Source: Chiloscyllium plagiosum
Taxonomy: Eukaryota
Reading direction: 5' to 3'
Assembly (NCBI RefSeq): GCF_004010195.1
Contig: NC_057737.1
Location: 13,504,748-13,568,747 of the forward strand
DNA: 64,000 nt
In this document: positions 25,173 to 39,370 of the stretch, one piece after another
How the letters are laid out: every line of letters starts with the position of its first letter
How positions within the stretch are numbered: the stretch's first letter is position 1
Notes under the pieces: model-generated
The model's input: only the letters and a program-made list of their open reading frames with translations
Told to the model about the DNA's origin: nothing
Database searches by the model: none
Program-made: the position numbers and the translations under genes

Positions 25173-26974
25173 TAGCTAATAATCTGAAGTGCGGAAAATG
25201 TCAGTTACCAGAATACACACATGCTGTCCATAACCAGTTTGAGGCTTAGTAATGCGTATTATACGTTCTCCAGGTGTTGACTAGAAAGGCAGCTAACTGG
25301 GCAAAGGGTGTTCACTTAAATTTACAAATCTTCTGTACCCTTACAGGGATGGAAAGAGAGGAAAAAAAAAAAGAGCTAAACTTTAAAAAAAGCTTGATTA
25401 CACACATTTAGAATAAAGAGAGAAAAAAAGTAACTGGAACTGAAGATCTGTACCAGGACTGCATGCAGCTTCAGTACATACTCACTGTCAGGGTGGGAAG
25501 AAATAATTTCAAAAAATGGCTGTCACATTTCAATGCATGGAGTATGTAAAAACTTATAAACTGACATTTTTGTCTCCCTATACAGAAGGGAAGATTAGAG
25601 ATATTTAGGTTCTACATTTACAAAATGGAAGAGTGTGGAAACCTGTTCATAGAATGGGAAAGATAAATTCAGAGAACAACTTCAGTAAACCTTGATGGTA
25701 GAACGATGGGGTGGAAGTTGGAGAAATTATTCCAATTAGCAAAAGTGCAGTCCCAAATCATTGCACCCATTTAATGCAATGAATAAGGGTGGAAAGATGG
25801 TACAGAGGTTATGGTTGGCTTTCCTATATGAAATAATTGAAGATATCAGGAAATTAGGCAACATCACTCCTTTAACCACAATCTTGCATAAAAATTTCCA
25901 CTGGCGTCACAATTAGTGATCCATCAATTTAAGGCCATCTGAGGCACCCAATGTTTGAACTTTCCCCAAGATTACTGTAGCACTTAACTCTAAAATGGTT
26001 TTTAAAAAACTGGTCTCGAGCTTAAAAATCTTCCCCTCTTCTTAACAGGATGCTTTACAAAGCCAGCCACACTACAAACTGCCCGGGCAACTATATGTTG
26101 AAACACTGTGGCCAACTGCAGCATTAGGCAAGCAGTTCTGGGACAGCTTCAGTTCCGGTTATTTGTTTAGTCTATTCAAACAGCCTGTGATGATTTTTTA
26201 AAATTCTATTTTTCCACATATTTCATCCCTGCATCTCCTTCCCAGTGGGAGGAAGAACTAGACCTGGTCTTTGCAAAAGCTCTTCCAGTCTTAACGATAA
26301 TCAGGATAATGCTCCTATATCGTATGACTTCATGACACAATCTGTGTTCATCTTTGTCTCAATTATATTTTTCTATAAATATCCCAATAAACTGCTCACT
26401 CCCTTCAAGGAGAAATTTATTGGAAAGTGGAATGGTTCAGGAGATTTGAAGAAAACAGAGCATGAAGAAAATCAAGTGACCTCACACATTATAAAACATG
26501 CCCTCATCTACAGTGCCCTACGAGTACAAAACATTTGAGACTACTTCACAGAAGTCAATTTTTGAAATACTTATGTAGGCAGTCAGTACCAACAGCATCC
26601 CAAAGAGGGATGAATGTGTAGCTAATCTGGTTTTGGTAGTATTGGATCAGGGAGTACTTTCAGCCACGTGTTGAACAATGCACATCCAAGCAGACAACAC
26701 CTTCAAAAAGTCAAAAAGTTTAAGCCAAATTATGGATTCCACATTACAGTAGCTGTATGTTTACTGAGTAACAACTTTTGGAGATCCAATTGAAAGCTAA
26801 TAAGATGGTATTTAATATGCTCGACTGAAAATAAACTACGGAAACAGATTCCCATGAATGCATATTTTAACCTCTATCACTGCACCTCCCACTTCATGGT
26901 GGTATTACAGCTCTCCATTATACTGTGGGTCTGACAGCAAAATTACATCCTGACAAACAGTCAACTAAGAAGGA

Positions 26975-27250
26975 GACATGTTTTTTGGGTGGTGGTTGGA
27001 AAGAAGTGCAAGGATGCCTGCCTTGAAGAAGTTTTCCTCCTCTCTCTACAAGAATCTCAGAGAGTCCCTCTCCCACTGCAACTCCCAGGTACTCTATGCT
27101 ACTTTCTCCCCATCCCAACCCTCCTCTCACTTATCTCTCCATCCTTCAGGCTCTCTGCCTGTATTCCAGATGAAGGGCTTTTGCCCGAAACGTTGATTTT
27201 CCTGCTCCTCAGATGCTGCCTGAACTGCTGTGCTCTTCCAGCACCACTAA
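26975..27250 (+). mobile_element. Penelope-like fragment with pLTR
   Basis: pLTR gatgaagggcttttgcccgaaacgttgattttcctgctcctcagatgctgcctgaac..., as at 2880; hammerhead box mutated to CAGATGA. Confidence 0.65.
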
Positions 27251-27480
27251 TCCACGTGTGTATATGTGGCCTCCTGCATTGCAGTGGAACTACCCCAAAG
27301 GACTGATTGCCGTACTTGCCTTTTCACGGTTTGCCAATTCAAATCATGGGCCTGTTTCTACACTGTAATCTAATCTAATCTAATCCACATGTGTATATGT
27401 GGCCTCCTGCATTGCAGTGGAACTACCCCAAAGGACTGATTGCCGTACTTGCCTTTTCACGGTTTGCCAATTCAAATCAT
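27247..27480 (+). repeat. 101-bp direct duplication bracketing a 32-bp retroposon tail
   Basis: 27247-27347 equals 27380-27480 except for 1 mismatch; the spacer is gggcctgtttctacactg(taatc)n. Confidence 0.9.
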
Positions 27481-27717
27481 CCACTTAAAACTACTCAAAT
27501 GGAGAAAAATAAAAAAGGGAATTAAAGAAATTATGTTTTAAATTTACCAATCGTTTCATCAAGGAACTGGTTAGTTAACCATACCTGAAGACAAAATGGA
27601 GAGAAAAATCCGAGTTGGGTTCCATCAAATCTTTTAAAAGTGAAACCAAAAATTGAGTTGGATGAAGAATGTTTCCAGCATCTGCAGTCCCCACTTTTGC
27701 CTTGAATAATGGAGAGT

Positions 27718-27753
27718 TACACACACACACACACACCGAGAGAGAGAGAGAGA
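27718..27753. repeat. Compound (AC)n(AG)n microsatellite
   Basis: Directly visible. Confidence 0.9.
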
Positions 27754-28619
27754 CGGGGGTAGAGAGAAGTTTAGGGACCTCAAACCAGAATACAGATTGA
27801 ATTCCCTGCCCGCAAGGGAGCTCGATGACATTTGCCTCGGGCAGTGACAAGAGTAACATATGACCCCCAGCGCCCTTGATTTCAGGGGAGGGGGAGGAAC
27901 AGAAGATTTCCACTGATTGCTATTTAATGATTTCACACCTCCCACTTGCTAGAAAACCACACCTGAAGTTGTTGGGTGAGGACTAATCAGGTTCAGCAGG
28001 GACACTGAAAACTCACCCCTCGTGTGTATCAGGACATTAAGTGTTACTACTAGATAACAGCACTCATGAAAATTGTACATTGGAATTAGACAAGATCCCA
28101 GAGGGGATTAGCAGCAAACAATAACTGGTGGGGAGCAGAAAAGGAACAAAACCTCACAGTACTGAACTAGTGTACACTGTCACATGCAGGCTATTCCTTT
28201 AACCGTGGAATATATGATACGTGACACATTATCTTTGACACTTTGCTGTCTGGGTTGGGGGATGGGACCAAGGCAAAGAAAATGCGTTTAGATTGTTTAG
28301 GTGAGGTAACAAAGCGATTGACAATCACTTGGTACATAAGCCCATGTCGAGAATTGGCAGCTTTTCAACATTGTTGAAAGAGCCACATGGACATGTTCTG
28401 CATGAATACCCGACTGCAAGAAAGAATCCACTGTGTTCCTCGCTTTTCTAACTCAAAGTTACAATGGTCAGTTTTAACAGCCACAATCTCAACTGGTTGA
28501 AATCAGCACTGACTTTTCTCAGGACTCTCCATTAAACACGTGGGCTGCAAAACCTTGGGCCCTTTCAGTCACCAAATTAGTGCACTTTGCTTTATGAAGT
28601 GATTGTTCAACAAACTACA

Positions 28620-29055
28620 CGAGAAGGACTTTTGCCTGAAACGTCGATTTTCCTCCTCCTCAGATGCTGCCTGACCTGTGCTCTTCCAGCACCATATTCT
28701 TGACTCTAGTCTCCAGCACCTACAGTACTCACTTTCGCCCACATGAGAAATGGAGCAGAATGCGTACCTCAAGAAACACTTGAATTCGAGTCTGGAGATT
28801 AGAGTCGGGAGTATGGTGCTGGAAGAGCACAGGTCAGGCAGCATCCGAGGAGGTGGATTACATTTTCCAAATATGAATTTGAGCTTACAACAGGAGATTT
28901 AGTCCTAAAGGACAGTTCACTTGAATTTAAACCAAACAATCTGCACATCTCTCCACCCTGGAGGCTCCCTGCCTCCATTCCTGAAACATCGATTTCCTGC
29001 TCCTCGGATGCTGCCTGACCTGCTGTGCTTTTCCAGCACCACTCTGATCTAAACC
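28620..29055. mobile_element. Cluster of PLE pLTR fragments in both orientations
   Basis: Plus copies at ~28620-28740 and ~28945-29055, and an inverted copy at ~28790-28853. Confidence 0.65.
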
Positions 29056-31599
29056 CACATGTTTTGTTAAGAATGAAGACTGCATGAAGCCAAAGTGATC
29101 AGGCCATATAAGCCCAACCCCCAGTTTGAACTTTGGGTGCTCTCAGCTATGGCTTTAAATCGCCCTTTTTTTTGCAGATGATAATCGAAGACTCGGTCAG
29201 ATATTCTAATTGCTCAGTACTTTCCAGTCACCTCTGAAAAATCATGAGCCTATGGACGTTTGGCAAGACGATCAGGTTGTCAACAGACACCTTTAGTAGC
29301 CATGTACCCTTTTCCCTCAGAGTTCCTCCAGCTCCAGTGCAGTCCAATTCCCGACAAGAGACAGTCCACTTAAACACAACGTTGATCGCAATTCTCACTG
29401 CAGGAGCTGCTCAGAATGCAGTGTTTAGATCACACAAAGACTTCCTCGGTTAAGAATGAGGCAGATATGAATCAAAAACGAGAAGAAATTAGTTCCAGAT
29501 CAGCTAACTCCACGACAGAACCAACACGCGCATATCCGATAACCATTCGTAAAACAAACTTGGCATGTTGCCCTTTTTAAAAACACACGTCCAACCTAAA
29601 GAGCAACATGTAAATTCTCAGTAGCTGTAACAAAATTAAAAGAATAGTACAGTATGTTATGCTGCCAATCCCAGAGTGCTATTTTGATAAAGCAAACACA
29701 CAATAAATGAATCTCATTTGTCAATGCAAATTTATCAGGAAATAGAAGCAAAATTTGAATATGCTCCGTGAATAATTATATTTCACGAAAGCCTCCAAAA
29801 CAAATCATTTCCCATTTAAAGTACAATCCTAAAATATCATACATCAGAAAAAGCAACACTCACTAGCAGTCAGGACAATATTTACACAGAAACCCATTCA
29901 TCGTTGGAAATGCTAACTTTAAAAAAAAGTCATAAGGCAACCCAAATTTGCTTTTGGTTTGACAAATGCAGAGGCTATCATCTTGCGTAGAATCCACACT
30001 TAATTTTCCATGGAACTTCTCCCATCCCTCCCACTTTTAAACTGCAAGGTCTTCAATCTTCCTTTGGTAATTCCCCAGCTGAGAAGGGGAAGTTATCAAA
30101 ATACATCAGTACAATGTTTTTACACACTTGCCAAAGACAAGCAGAGTGTCTGCAATCAAGCAGCCACTACCCGGTTTTACAGTCAGTGCCAGAGCTGCAA
30201 ACAAGTCTTAACATTCAATTCATGGGAGCAACTCCCCCCAATCACTAAAGTATCATCTAACAGCTACTCACACAGGCATAAAACAGTACCTGCATCTGCT
30301 CCATTTTGTCTAAACGTTGCATCGATATTTGGAGGACTGTCACCTAGCTCTAGGCAAATAATTCAAATGGATTCCTTTTAAGCAACATTGCAACACCATC
30401 ACCACCCATTGCGTTTGGTTCCTGCTGTGGTCCCTCCCTGTTGAGGCCGAACAGTCTGGGCCATTCGCATTCAGAATTTGTTTTTATTTACAAAAAGGAA
30501 ATGCTGAGAGAAAAGAAGGGCAAGTCCAGGCGTCGAGATCAGCCTCAAAACTTTCAAGACGTCAGGTCCTTTCCAGTCCCAACTCAGAAACTGCAATAAT
30601 TGAGAGCACCATCAGCAGACACTGTTTCAAACTTATAACTCGTGTCCTGAATTACTGTCACATCTTGCTGCAGAAGGGGAAATTAGACTTCCCCCTATCA
30701 AGGGTAGGGAAATAAACTGGAGACCGTTTTAACCTTGATGCATGGCTTCCATAGCTCAGAATCCAGTGGACCATACCACCACCTCAGTCGGAAACGGAAT
30801 CAGTAAGAAAGTAATGAAAAAATACTTGCATTTAAAATTAGAAAACACTCAGCTTCCAAGTGAGGTTTTGATTTCTATTTGAGTGCTCAAAGGCTTGGGG
30901 TTCAGCAGCTACCAGCCCCCCCACCTTAACATGTTTGGTAGGTTTTGAAAGTTTGAAAATGTAAAGAAAAACCAAAGATCTGCAGATGCTGGAAATCTGA
31001 AAAACAAAAGATTGCTGGAAAAACTCCGGTCTGGCAGCATCTATGGAGGGAAAGCAGAGTTAACATTTCAGGTCCAATAACCCTTCCTTAGTGTTTTGAA
31101 TGTTTGAAGTTGGCCAAAATTACAGGAGTGTTTTACAACCTTCAATTGTATAGTGACTTTTGATGCTAAAATACACCGTGCTTTAGAGAGGCAGGATGAA
31201 TTGATATTTGGTATCTCCTATTGACTGACAGTGTCTTAATTATTGCATCATCCTTTGAAAGTTAAGTAAAAGCCACCATCATCTGCCAAGCAATTGGAGT
31301 GGCATCTCTGCACCTTGGGTCACAGAACAGGAGTACAGCCAATAATTTGTGACTGCTCCTCAAAAGCATTTCATTATTTGTGAAACAGGGAGGGAAGTTA
31401 CAAGTGGCAATCTCCCAAAAAAAAATAGCAAAATGATGATCAACCAGTTTTGCTCTTCTCTGAACCTTTGTCCTGGGTGGATATGAAAGACCTCGGTTTA
31501 ATGCCCATTCCAGAGAATAATGGCTCAGCCCTACAAGAGGATATTAGCCAAAATCATGGGCTGAAGTCTTGACCCAAGCTTGAATTTTCAAATTTATGA

Positions 31600-33870
31600 C
31601 TCAGATCATAATTCTATTAGTTTCAAAATGGTTATGGAAAAGGAAAAGTCTTCCATAAAAGTTAAAAAGTTTTTAATTGGAGTGAGACAAATTTTAATAA
31701 GACAAGAACTTTCAAAAGTTGATTGGAGTGTACTGTTTGCAGGTAAAAGGACTCTGACAAGTGGTTGGCGTTCAAGAGTGTGATGATGAGTTCAGAGACA
31801 TTATGTTCCTGTTAGAGTGAAGGATAAGGCTGGTAAGCTTAAAGAACAGTGGTTGAATAAAGATATGGAGGCTCTAGTCAAGAATAAAAGAATATTATTT
31901 TAGATATAGACAGCTTGGTTCAATAGAATCTCTCCTTCATTATAAAGAATGTTGGGTCAAAGAGGAGAGAGCATTGGCAGATAAGGTTAAGGATAATCCA
32001 AAGATATTCTACAAACACTTCAAAAGCAAGATGATAACTAGAGAGAGGGTAAGGTCTCTTAAAGATCAAGGTCGTCATCTTTATGTTGAACACCAGGAGA
32101 TGGGAGAGATACTAAGTGAATATTTCATGTCAGTTTTTACGACACAAAGAAAGAAATGGGAGTATAGAGAATGCAGATAAATAAACGATGTTTTAAAAAT
32201 CATTCATAGTACAGAAGAGGTAGTTTGGGAGGTCTTAGAGAATATAAAGGTGAATAAATCTCTGGGACCAGATCTAAGGTATCCCAGCACATTGTGGGAA
32301 GAAAGGAAGGGAAATTATGACACCTTGCAGAAATATTTGCATCATCTATAACTTCGGGTGAGGTGCCTGATGACTGGAGGGTGGCTAATGTTGTACCTTT
32401 GCTTAAGGAAGGTTTAACGAGAAACTGGGGAACTATAGAGCTGCAAGTCCGACTTCAGTTGTGAGAAAATTGTTGGAAGTGATTACAAAAGATAGAATTT
32501 ATGGACATTTAGAGGGGCAATAATGAATTAGGGATAGCATGGTTTTGTGCAAGGAAAATCGTGTCCCACAAACTTGGAGTTTTTTTGAGAAAGTTACCAA
32601 AAAGATTGCTGATGACAGGGTGGAAGATGTTTATTTGGATTTTAGTAAAGCCTTTGAGAAGGTTCCATGTGGCAGCCTAATTAGTAAAGTTGGGTCACAT
32701 GGGATTCAGGGTGAGCTTGCCAATTAGATATATAATTGGCTTAACAACACGTGTGTAATGGTGGAGAAACTGCTTTTTAGACAGGAGACCTGTGACCAGT
32801 GTTCCACATGGATAAGTTCTGGGTCCTCTTATGTTTGTCATTTGTATAAATAATTTTGATGAAGATACAGAAGGCATGGTTAGTAAGGTTGCAGATGACA
32901 GTGTAAAAATCACCGAATTATGGTCACTATCCCCAAAGTGCTCTGGGTCCCCAAAGTTCTGGGTCCTCTTATGTTTGTCATTTGTATAAATAATTTTGAT
33001 GAAGATACAGAAGGCATGGTTAGTAAGGTTGCAGATGACATCAAAATTGGTGACAGTAAATAATGAAGAAGGTTTTCTAAGATTGCAGGAGGATCTTGAT
33101 CAAATGGATCAATGGGCTGAAAATTGGCAGATGGAGTTCAATCTGGATAAATGCGAGGTATTGCATTTTGGGCAAACAAAAAAGGTCGGGCTTATACAAT
33201 TAATGGTAGGCCTTGGGTAGTGTTAGAGGGGGAAACACTACCCAAGGCCTTGGGTAGTGTTAGAGGGACCTAGGCGTGCAGGTATATAATTCTTTGAAGT
33301 TTCCAATACATATACACAGGGTGGTTAGAAAGATGTTTGGCACACTTCATTGTTCAGTCAGAATTGGGAAGTCATGTTGAGGTTGTACAGGACACTGATG
33401 AGGCCGCTCCTGGAATAATGTGTCCAGTTCTGGTCACCCAGTTATCGCAAGGATATTATCAAACTGGAGAGGGTTCAGAAGAGTTTTACCAGGATGTTGC
33501 TGGGTAGGGAAGGTTTGAGTTATAAAGAGAGGCTGGATAGACTGGGACCTTTTTCACTGGAGCACAGGAGGTTGAGGGGTGACCTGATAGAAGTTTATAC
33601 AATAATGAGAGGAGGAGGCATATTTCTAAGGTGCGAGGAGAGAGATTTTAAAAAGACTAAGAGGCAAATTATTTTACAGAGGGTGGTTCACGTGTGGAAT
33701 GAGCTTCCTGAGGAAGTGGTGGATGCAGGTACAATTAATGTTTAAAAGACATTTGGATAGACACATGAATAGGAAAGATTTGGAGGGATCTGGGCCAGGA
33801 GCAGACAGGTGGGTTTAGTTTAGTTTGGGATTATGTTCAGCATGAACTGGCTAGACCAAAGAGTCATACA
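31600..33870 (+). mobile_element. CR1-type LINE ORF2 remnant (endonuclease end through RT to 3' tail), heavily mutated
   Basis: SDHNSISF endonuclease motif, YLDFSKAFEKVP RT motif, QWAENWQMEFNLDKCEVLHFG and RLRGDLIEVY; many stops and frameshifts. Confidence 0.9.
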
Positions 33871-34464
33871 GCATGGAAACACAGTCTATAAGCAAGCTTG
33901 CTTCTAAACTGACCCAGAAATAAATTGGAAAGTTAAAGAAAGAAAAACAAAATTACCTTCCACAATCCTATTCATTTAAAAAGGAATTGGTTTGGGGGGG
34001 GGGGTGGGGGAGCACTTGTGGTGTGGGCATCAAGAAACACTAGGCATTACTCACTAAATTAATAGGTCTAATTTGCAGGGCAAGTGGGCTCTATAAAACT
34101 GGAATATTAGAAATTATATACAAAGATTCCCTGTATTCCAAGTTGCTGGATTGTTCCCAACAGACTAGCACAGTCTGGAATGATACCAAAGAGCCACCCC
34201 AGCAAGGTTATTTGCACAAAGGTAACATATTTCACAATCAGTTCAATGACAGCAAAATGGTCAGTTGAAACAGCAAGATTACCTCTTGGAATCAATAAAT
34301 ACTATAAAAGCAACTTCCTTGTTAAGGCAACTCAACTTATTAAATCTGGTGCAGATCCAAAACTTCTACTTTTTTTTCATAAGTTTCTCCTGTCCTGGTG
34401 TATCAGTTACCGAAACTGGCAAGACAACCAACATTTAATACTCTTTTCTCTCTTTGGGAGTGAA

Positions 34465-34640
34465 CTGTGGCCTCATTGTTAACACACTTCCCTCTGAGTC
34501 AGAAACTTGTGGGTTCAAGTTCCCACTCTAGATTGCAAAACCAAGATGACATTCCACTGGAGCACTGACGGAGTGCTAGTCTGTCAGAGGTGCCACCTTT
34601 TGTTTACTTTCCTAGATGGATGTGCAAGATCTCAGGCAGA
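34465..34640 (+). mobile_element. Deu-domain SINE fragment
   Basis: cctctgagtcagaaacttgtgggttcaagttcccactc...gcactgacggagtgct..tgtcagaggtgccaccttt. Confidence 0.5.
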
Positions 34641-36236
34641 GAGCCAGTATTAACCAAATGGACTAAATGACAATCTGCAATGATGGACTGACTAAATCCT
34701 TTAATTCTGAGATTATGGCAAGTGCTCTATTCACATGCAAGATTTGTTTCTCAATCATCCCTTTGATTTTTATCTGTTAGAGGTAATCTTTACCACTCAA
34801 ATAAGATTCACAATTACTCAGACAAAATTGAACATTGGCAGGGCTGAGCAATTAGAACTTAAATTCCACTGCCAGTGAACAGATCGAGACTGGCAGAATA
34901 ATTTCACTTTTGATCAAAGCTGGAATCTCTCTTGCAAAGAAATGGCAAAACATCTCCACCCTCTTTAAATACCTGGGCGTTTGCATTCCACTACACAGGG
35001 AGTGTTCCTAAACCTTTATAAAGTATTTGACAACAATTTTTAAAAGGCAAATGTGTTCAGCAAGTTTAAAAGCAACATTTTCAAGACTGTGTGGGAGGAT
35101 TAAAAATAAAGTTACACAGAAAAGTTTCAACAGGCAGAAAGACTGTTCCTCAGAGTTGAACAATCGTGACTTTGTGTGAGTGTATGAACCAATGGATCTA
35201 GTTCAACAAAATTCAAAATAGCCCACAGAACGCTGGGATAGAGACAGGTCTGTGAAACAAAGTAGAAATAAAGTGAAGTGGATTGAAGCAAAATCTGACT
35301 GTAAATAACATGGCTCGTACTACAGCAACACCACAGGGTTTTGACAAAATTCCAAACAACATACTTACAATCAATTGTGTTTAAACGGTGTTAAAATTAG
35401 GTAAATGGGTCTTCACAAAGAGTGGCAGAATTTCTCTTCCCCTTTATAGATTCAGTGCGAGAGAATGAGTAATACCACTCATCTTATCCATTCTGCCCCA
35501 ATATCTCTCAATATGCAACCCATTTAGATTACACATGAAGGAAGTGTCAACAAGGGACAAGGATTGCCAGGATTTTATTAAAAGGTGGGGTGGCAGTAGT
35601 GGTTGGGGAGATGGGGGAGCTCTGCCCTAAAAGGAAAAAGAACAAATTAAATTAAAAATAGACTGGGCTGCAACCCAATGACCTGCTGCTGACTTGTGGC
35701 ATCCAAGTGATACCCAACACTTGGATCACGATCACGAGGGACATCAGGTGCTGGACAGTCAGCTAGTCCCCTCCCAGTGCTTTGTAGATACAGTGAACAA
35801 ACACCAAATCGATTTTTCTATCCGGGTCACGTCGCCAAGAGATCTAAAGCCAATTTAGATCAAATACAGGCGATCAAACAGAGTAAATATTCAAATTCCT
35901 ATTTCCCAAAAACTAGGGAAAAGGGGAATTTGTAGATACTGGAAGGATATGACGAAAGCGGAGATCGAACCTCCCTCTTAGTCATAGAAGTTACACTTTC
36001 ATAGCAATTCACTGGCTGTTAGTTTATATTCTGGTTGCTGCCACAGTCAATATTCAGATTCAAATAAACAATCCAGTACAGATCGGAGTTTCAGCTTTTT
36101 TTTGTTTGCAGTTGGACATCCAGGTAATTCTTCCATTTGCTTAGCTCTGGGAAATAACATAATAAAATATTGCAGACCCTAACTCTGGTTTCAGTCTGGT
36201 AGAGCACATTCGATTTTAAAAGATATAATTTCTTTT

Positions 36237-37275
36237 AGAGTCAGATGTACAGTATGGAAAGAGACCCTTCGGTCCAACCCGTCCATGCCGACCAGATATC
36301 CCAATCTAATCTGGTCCCACCTGCCAGCACCCAGCACATATCCCTCCAAACCCTTCCTATTCATATACCCATCCGAATAACTCTTTAATGTTGCAATTGT
36401 ACCAGCCTCCACCACTTCCTCTGGCAGCCCTTTCTACACATGTACCACCCTATGTGAAAATGTTGCCCCTTAGGTCTCTTTTATATCTTTCCCCTCTCAC
36501 CCTCAACCTATGCCCTCTAGTTCTGGACTCCCTGACCCCAGGGAAAGGACTTCATCTATTTATCCTGTCCATGCCCCTCAATTTTGTAAACCTCTATAAG
36601 GTCACCCTTCAGCCTCCGACACTCTAGGGAAAACAGCCCCAGCCTGTTCAGCCTCTCCCTATAGCTCAAGTCCCCCAACCCTGGCAACATCCTTGTAAAT
36701 CTTTTCTGAACCCTTTCAAGTTTCACAACATCTTTCCCATAGGAAGGAGACCAGAACTGCATGCAATATTCCAATGGTGGCCTAACCAATGTCCTGTACA
36801 GCCACAACATAACCTCCCAACACCTGTACTCAATACTGACCAATAAAGGAAAGCATACCAAGCGCCTCCTTTACAATCCTATTTACCTGCGACTCCACTT
36901 CAAGGAGCTATGAACCTTCACTCCAAGGTCTCTTTGTTCAGCAACACTCCCTAGGACCTTACCATTAAGTGTATAGGTCCTGCTAAGATCTACTTTCCCA
37001 AAATGCAGCACCTCGCATTTACCCAAATTAAACTCCACCTGCCACTTCTCAGCGCATTGGCCCATCTGGGCAAGGTCCTGTTGTAATCTGAGATAACCTT
37101 CATCACTGTCCGCTACACCTCCAATTTTGGTGTCATCTGCAAACTTACTAACCGTACCTCTTATGCTCGCATCCAAATTATTTCTATAAATGACGAAAAG
37201 CCTTCATTCTGAAAAGCAACCCCCCACCACAACCCTCTGTCTTGTACCTTTGAGCCAGTTCTGTATCCAAATGGC
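36237..37275 (-). mobile_element. CR1-type LINE RT/3' fragment
   Basis: Minus ORFs contain SKFADDTKIGG, YRTLVRPPLEYCMQFWSP and RLKGDLIEVYKI. Confidence 0.9.
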
Positions 37276-38989
37276 TTTTATTTTAGATACACTCAGGAAG
37301 CATGCCCTTGATTCACTATGCTTTCCACAAAGGTACCAAAACACACACCCATTGAAAACAGACAGAAGTTTTTGTATGAGGCTGGCTCCTGGTTCATCAG
37401 TCGAATGCAAAGTATTGTGCATCATTTTATCTTGACCACATGAAGGGAGGCAGAAATAGCACAACCCAGGCTTGCAGCATAGCAAACTGTCCCAAGGTGC
37501 GTCACACGAACGTTATACATGAAGTTTGACAAAACAAGAGACATTAGTACAGTATGTTCAAGGAGGTAGATTTTAAAGAAGTGTCTTAAAGGCTTTACAT
37601 AGGACCGGAGGCCAGCACTGTAGTACTATCTAATGGCACTGCTGACAAAATAGGCAATTTGTCAAAGGTTTTAATCTTGTACTCAAGACATTTACAAGAA
37701 TACTAATGCACAGGGCACCAACTGTACACGAGTGCTGTTTGGTTAGTAAGTGGACTCTGATCGATAGAGTTGTTGCCATGGGGAATGCAGTTAGATGATG
37801 ACTGGCAGTTTTTATATTTATACCAGACCGATTGATGCCTTGAGAAATTAATCAGATTAACTGTTGTCTATTTAAGTTGAAACATGGACAATGTGCATAT
37901 GAATTCTGTTTGCAAAATACCCTTCCAATGATATAAGAGCAACATCTACAGCATTGAGACACCGAGTTTCAGCATGGATGGATGAGATTAATTTCCTCTA
38001 TGCTGCAATAACTCCATGATCATGACAGATTACATTAACCTAAAGTGAAAGTTTTAATTTCCAGTTGGTAATAAGGACAGTGGTCAGGCTATTACAATTT
38101 GATCAAATCTTTCAGCTGAGGCAAAAAGGAGAAAAAATTAGGTCCCTTGCTTACTATCACTATCCAGTGATTCTAGTTGAGGTATGGATTGGGTTTAACT
38201 ATGACAGCCTTAGATCAATTGACCACCAAGGCTCACTGTCCCAGCCCACTGAAAAGGCCCACTTGAACCAGATACTTGGGAAGCTGCTGACAACAGTGCA
38301 TCATAACATAGCAACAACTGACTCTTAGTTGGGAAGATGGCAATATCAGGTGGTGGTGGTGGGATGGAAGAAGTCAGATTGTTGACTTATCATTGAGTTC
38401 AAAGACTTAAAATACACAACTCAAGACATTAGCATTTACCTAATCAGTGTCCCAATAACAAATTCAGATCCAGAAAGTTTCCTATTGGCACCTATATTAG
38501 TAAGCATGTATGCTAAATGGAGCCTTTGAAGAAATCAACATCTTGTATCCACCAGTTGACTGAAACAGAAGAGATCTTAAATATCTTTTATTTTTGAATG
38601 GGGGAAGCAGAAAGTAAAAGGGAAAAAAGAAAGTCTTATAACCAAGCAACCTCTATTCTGCACAAAACATTCCCATAAGATCAGCCAAGAGCCCCTCCTA
38701 GGGGTATGGTGAGGGGCTACTGCTCATACTCCATGGTAGAGATGGATATTTTCCAAAAATCTCAGATTCCTGTTACCAGAACTCTGGGTAAAAATAATTT
38801 CATCCACAAAAAAAAAGGAAATTATGTAAGATGTCACAACCTGAAAACTACAATTTTCCAAGTCAGTGCATCAACATTACCACATACACAGCAAAAGTGT
38901 TCTATTCTACTGCAGAGGATCACTCTTCACAAAGGGGTGTAAATTCCTCCATTCTCCACAGCAGCTAGAAACCAGATAACATTTAAAAG

Positions 38990-39370
38990 GATTAAGGATG
39001 ATTGTTTTGAAACATACAAGATTCGGAGAGGGCTTGACAGGGTGGATGTTGGAAAGATGTTTCCAATGGTGGTGGCAAATCTTGAACTGGGGGGGGAAGA
39101 TGTAGTTACAAAATAAAGGGACACTCGTTTAAAACTGAGATGTAAAGGAATTTCATCTCTAAGGGTAACAGTTATTTGGAATTTTCTATCCAGAAGGTTG
39201 TGGAGACTAGAGCAATGGTACTGTTTAAAGAGGTGGTGGATAGTTTATTTGAAATATTGAGGAGTTTGGGCTGTGGAGAGACAGTTGTGGCCTAGGGCAG
39301 ATCAGCCATGATCTTGTTGAATAGTAGGGCAGGCTCGAGTTCTGAATGTCCCACTCCTCATCTGATTTCA
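38990..39370 (+). mobile_element. Old CR1-type 3' fragment
   Basis: gaaacatacaagattcggagagggcttgacagggtggatgttggaaagatgtttcca (GLDRVDVGKMFP) plus tail. Confidence 0.65.
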
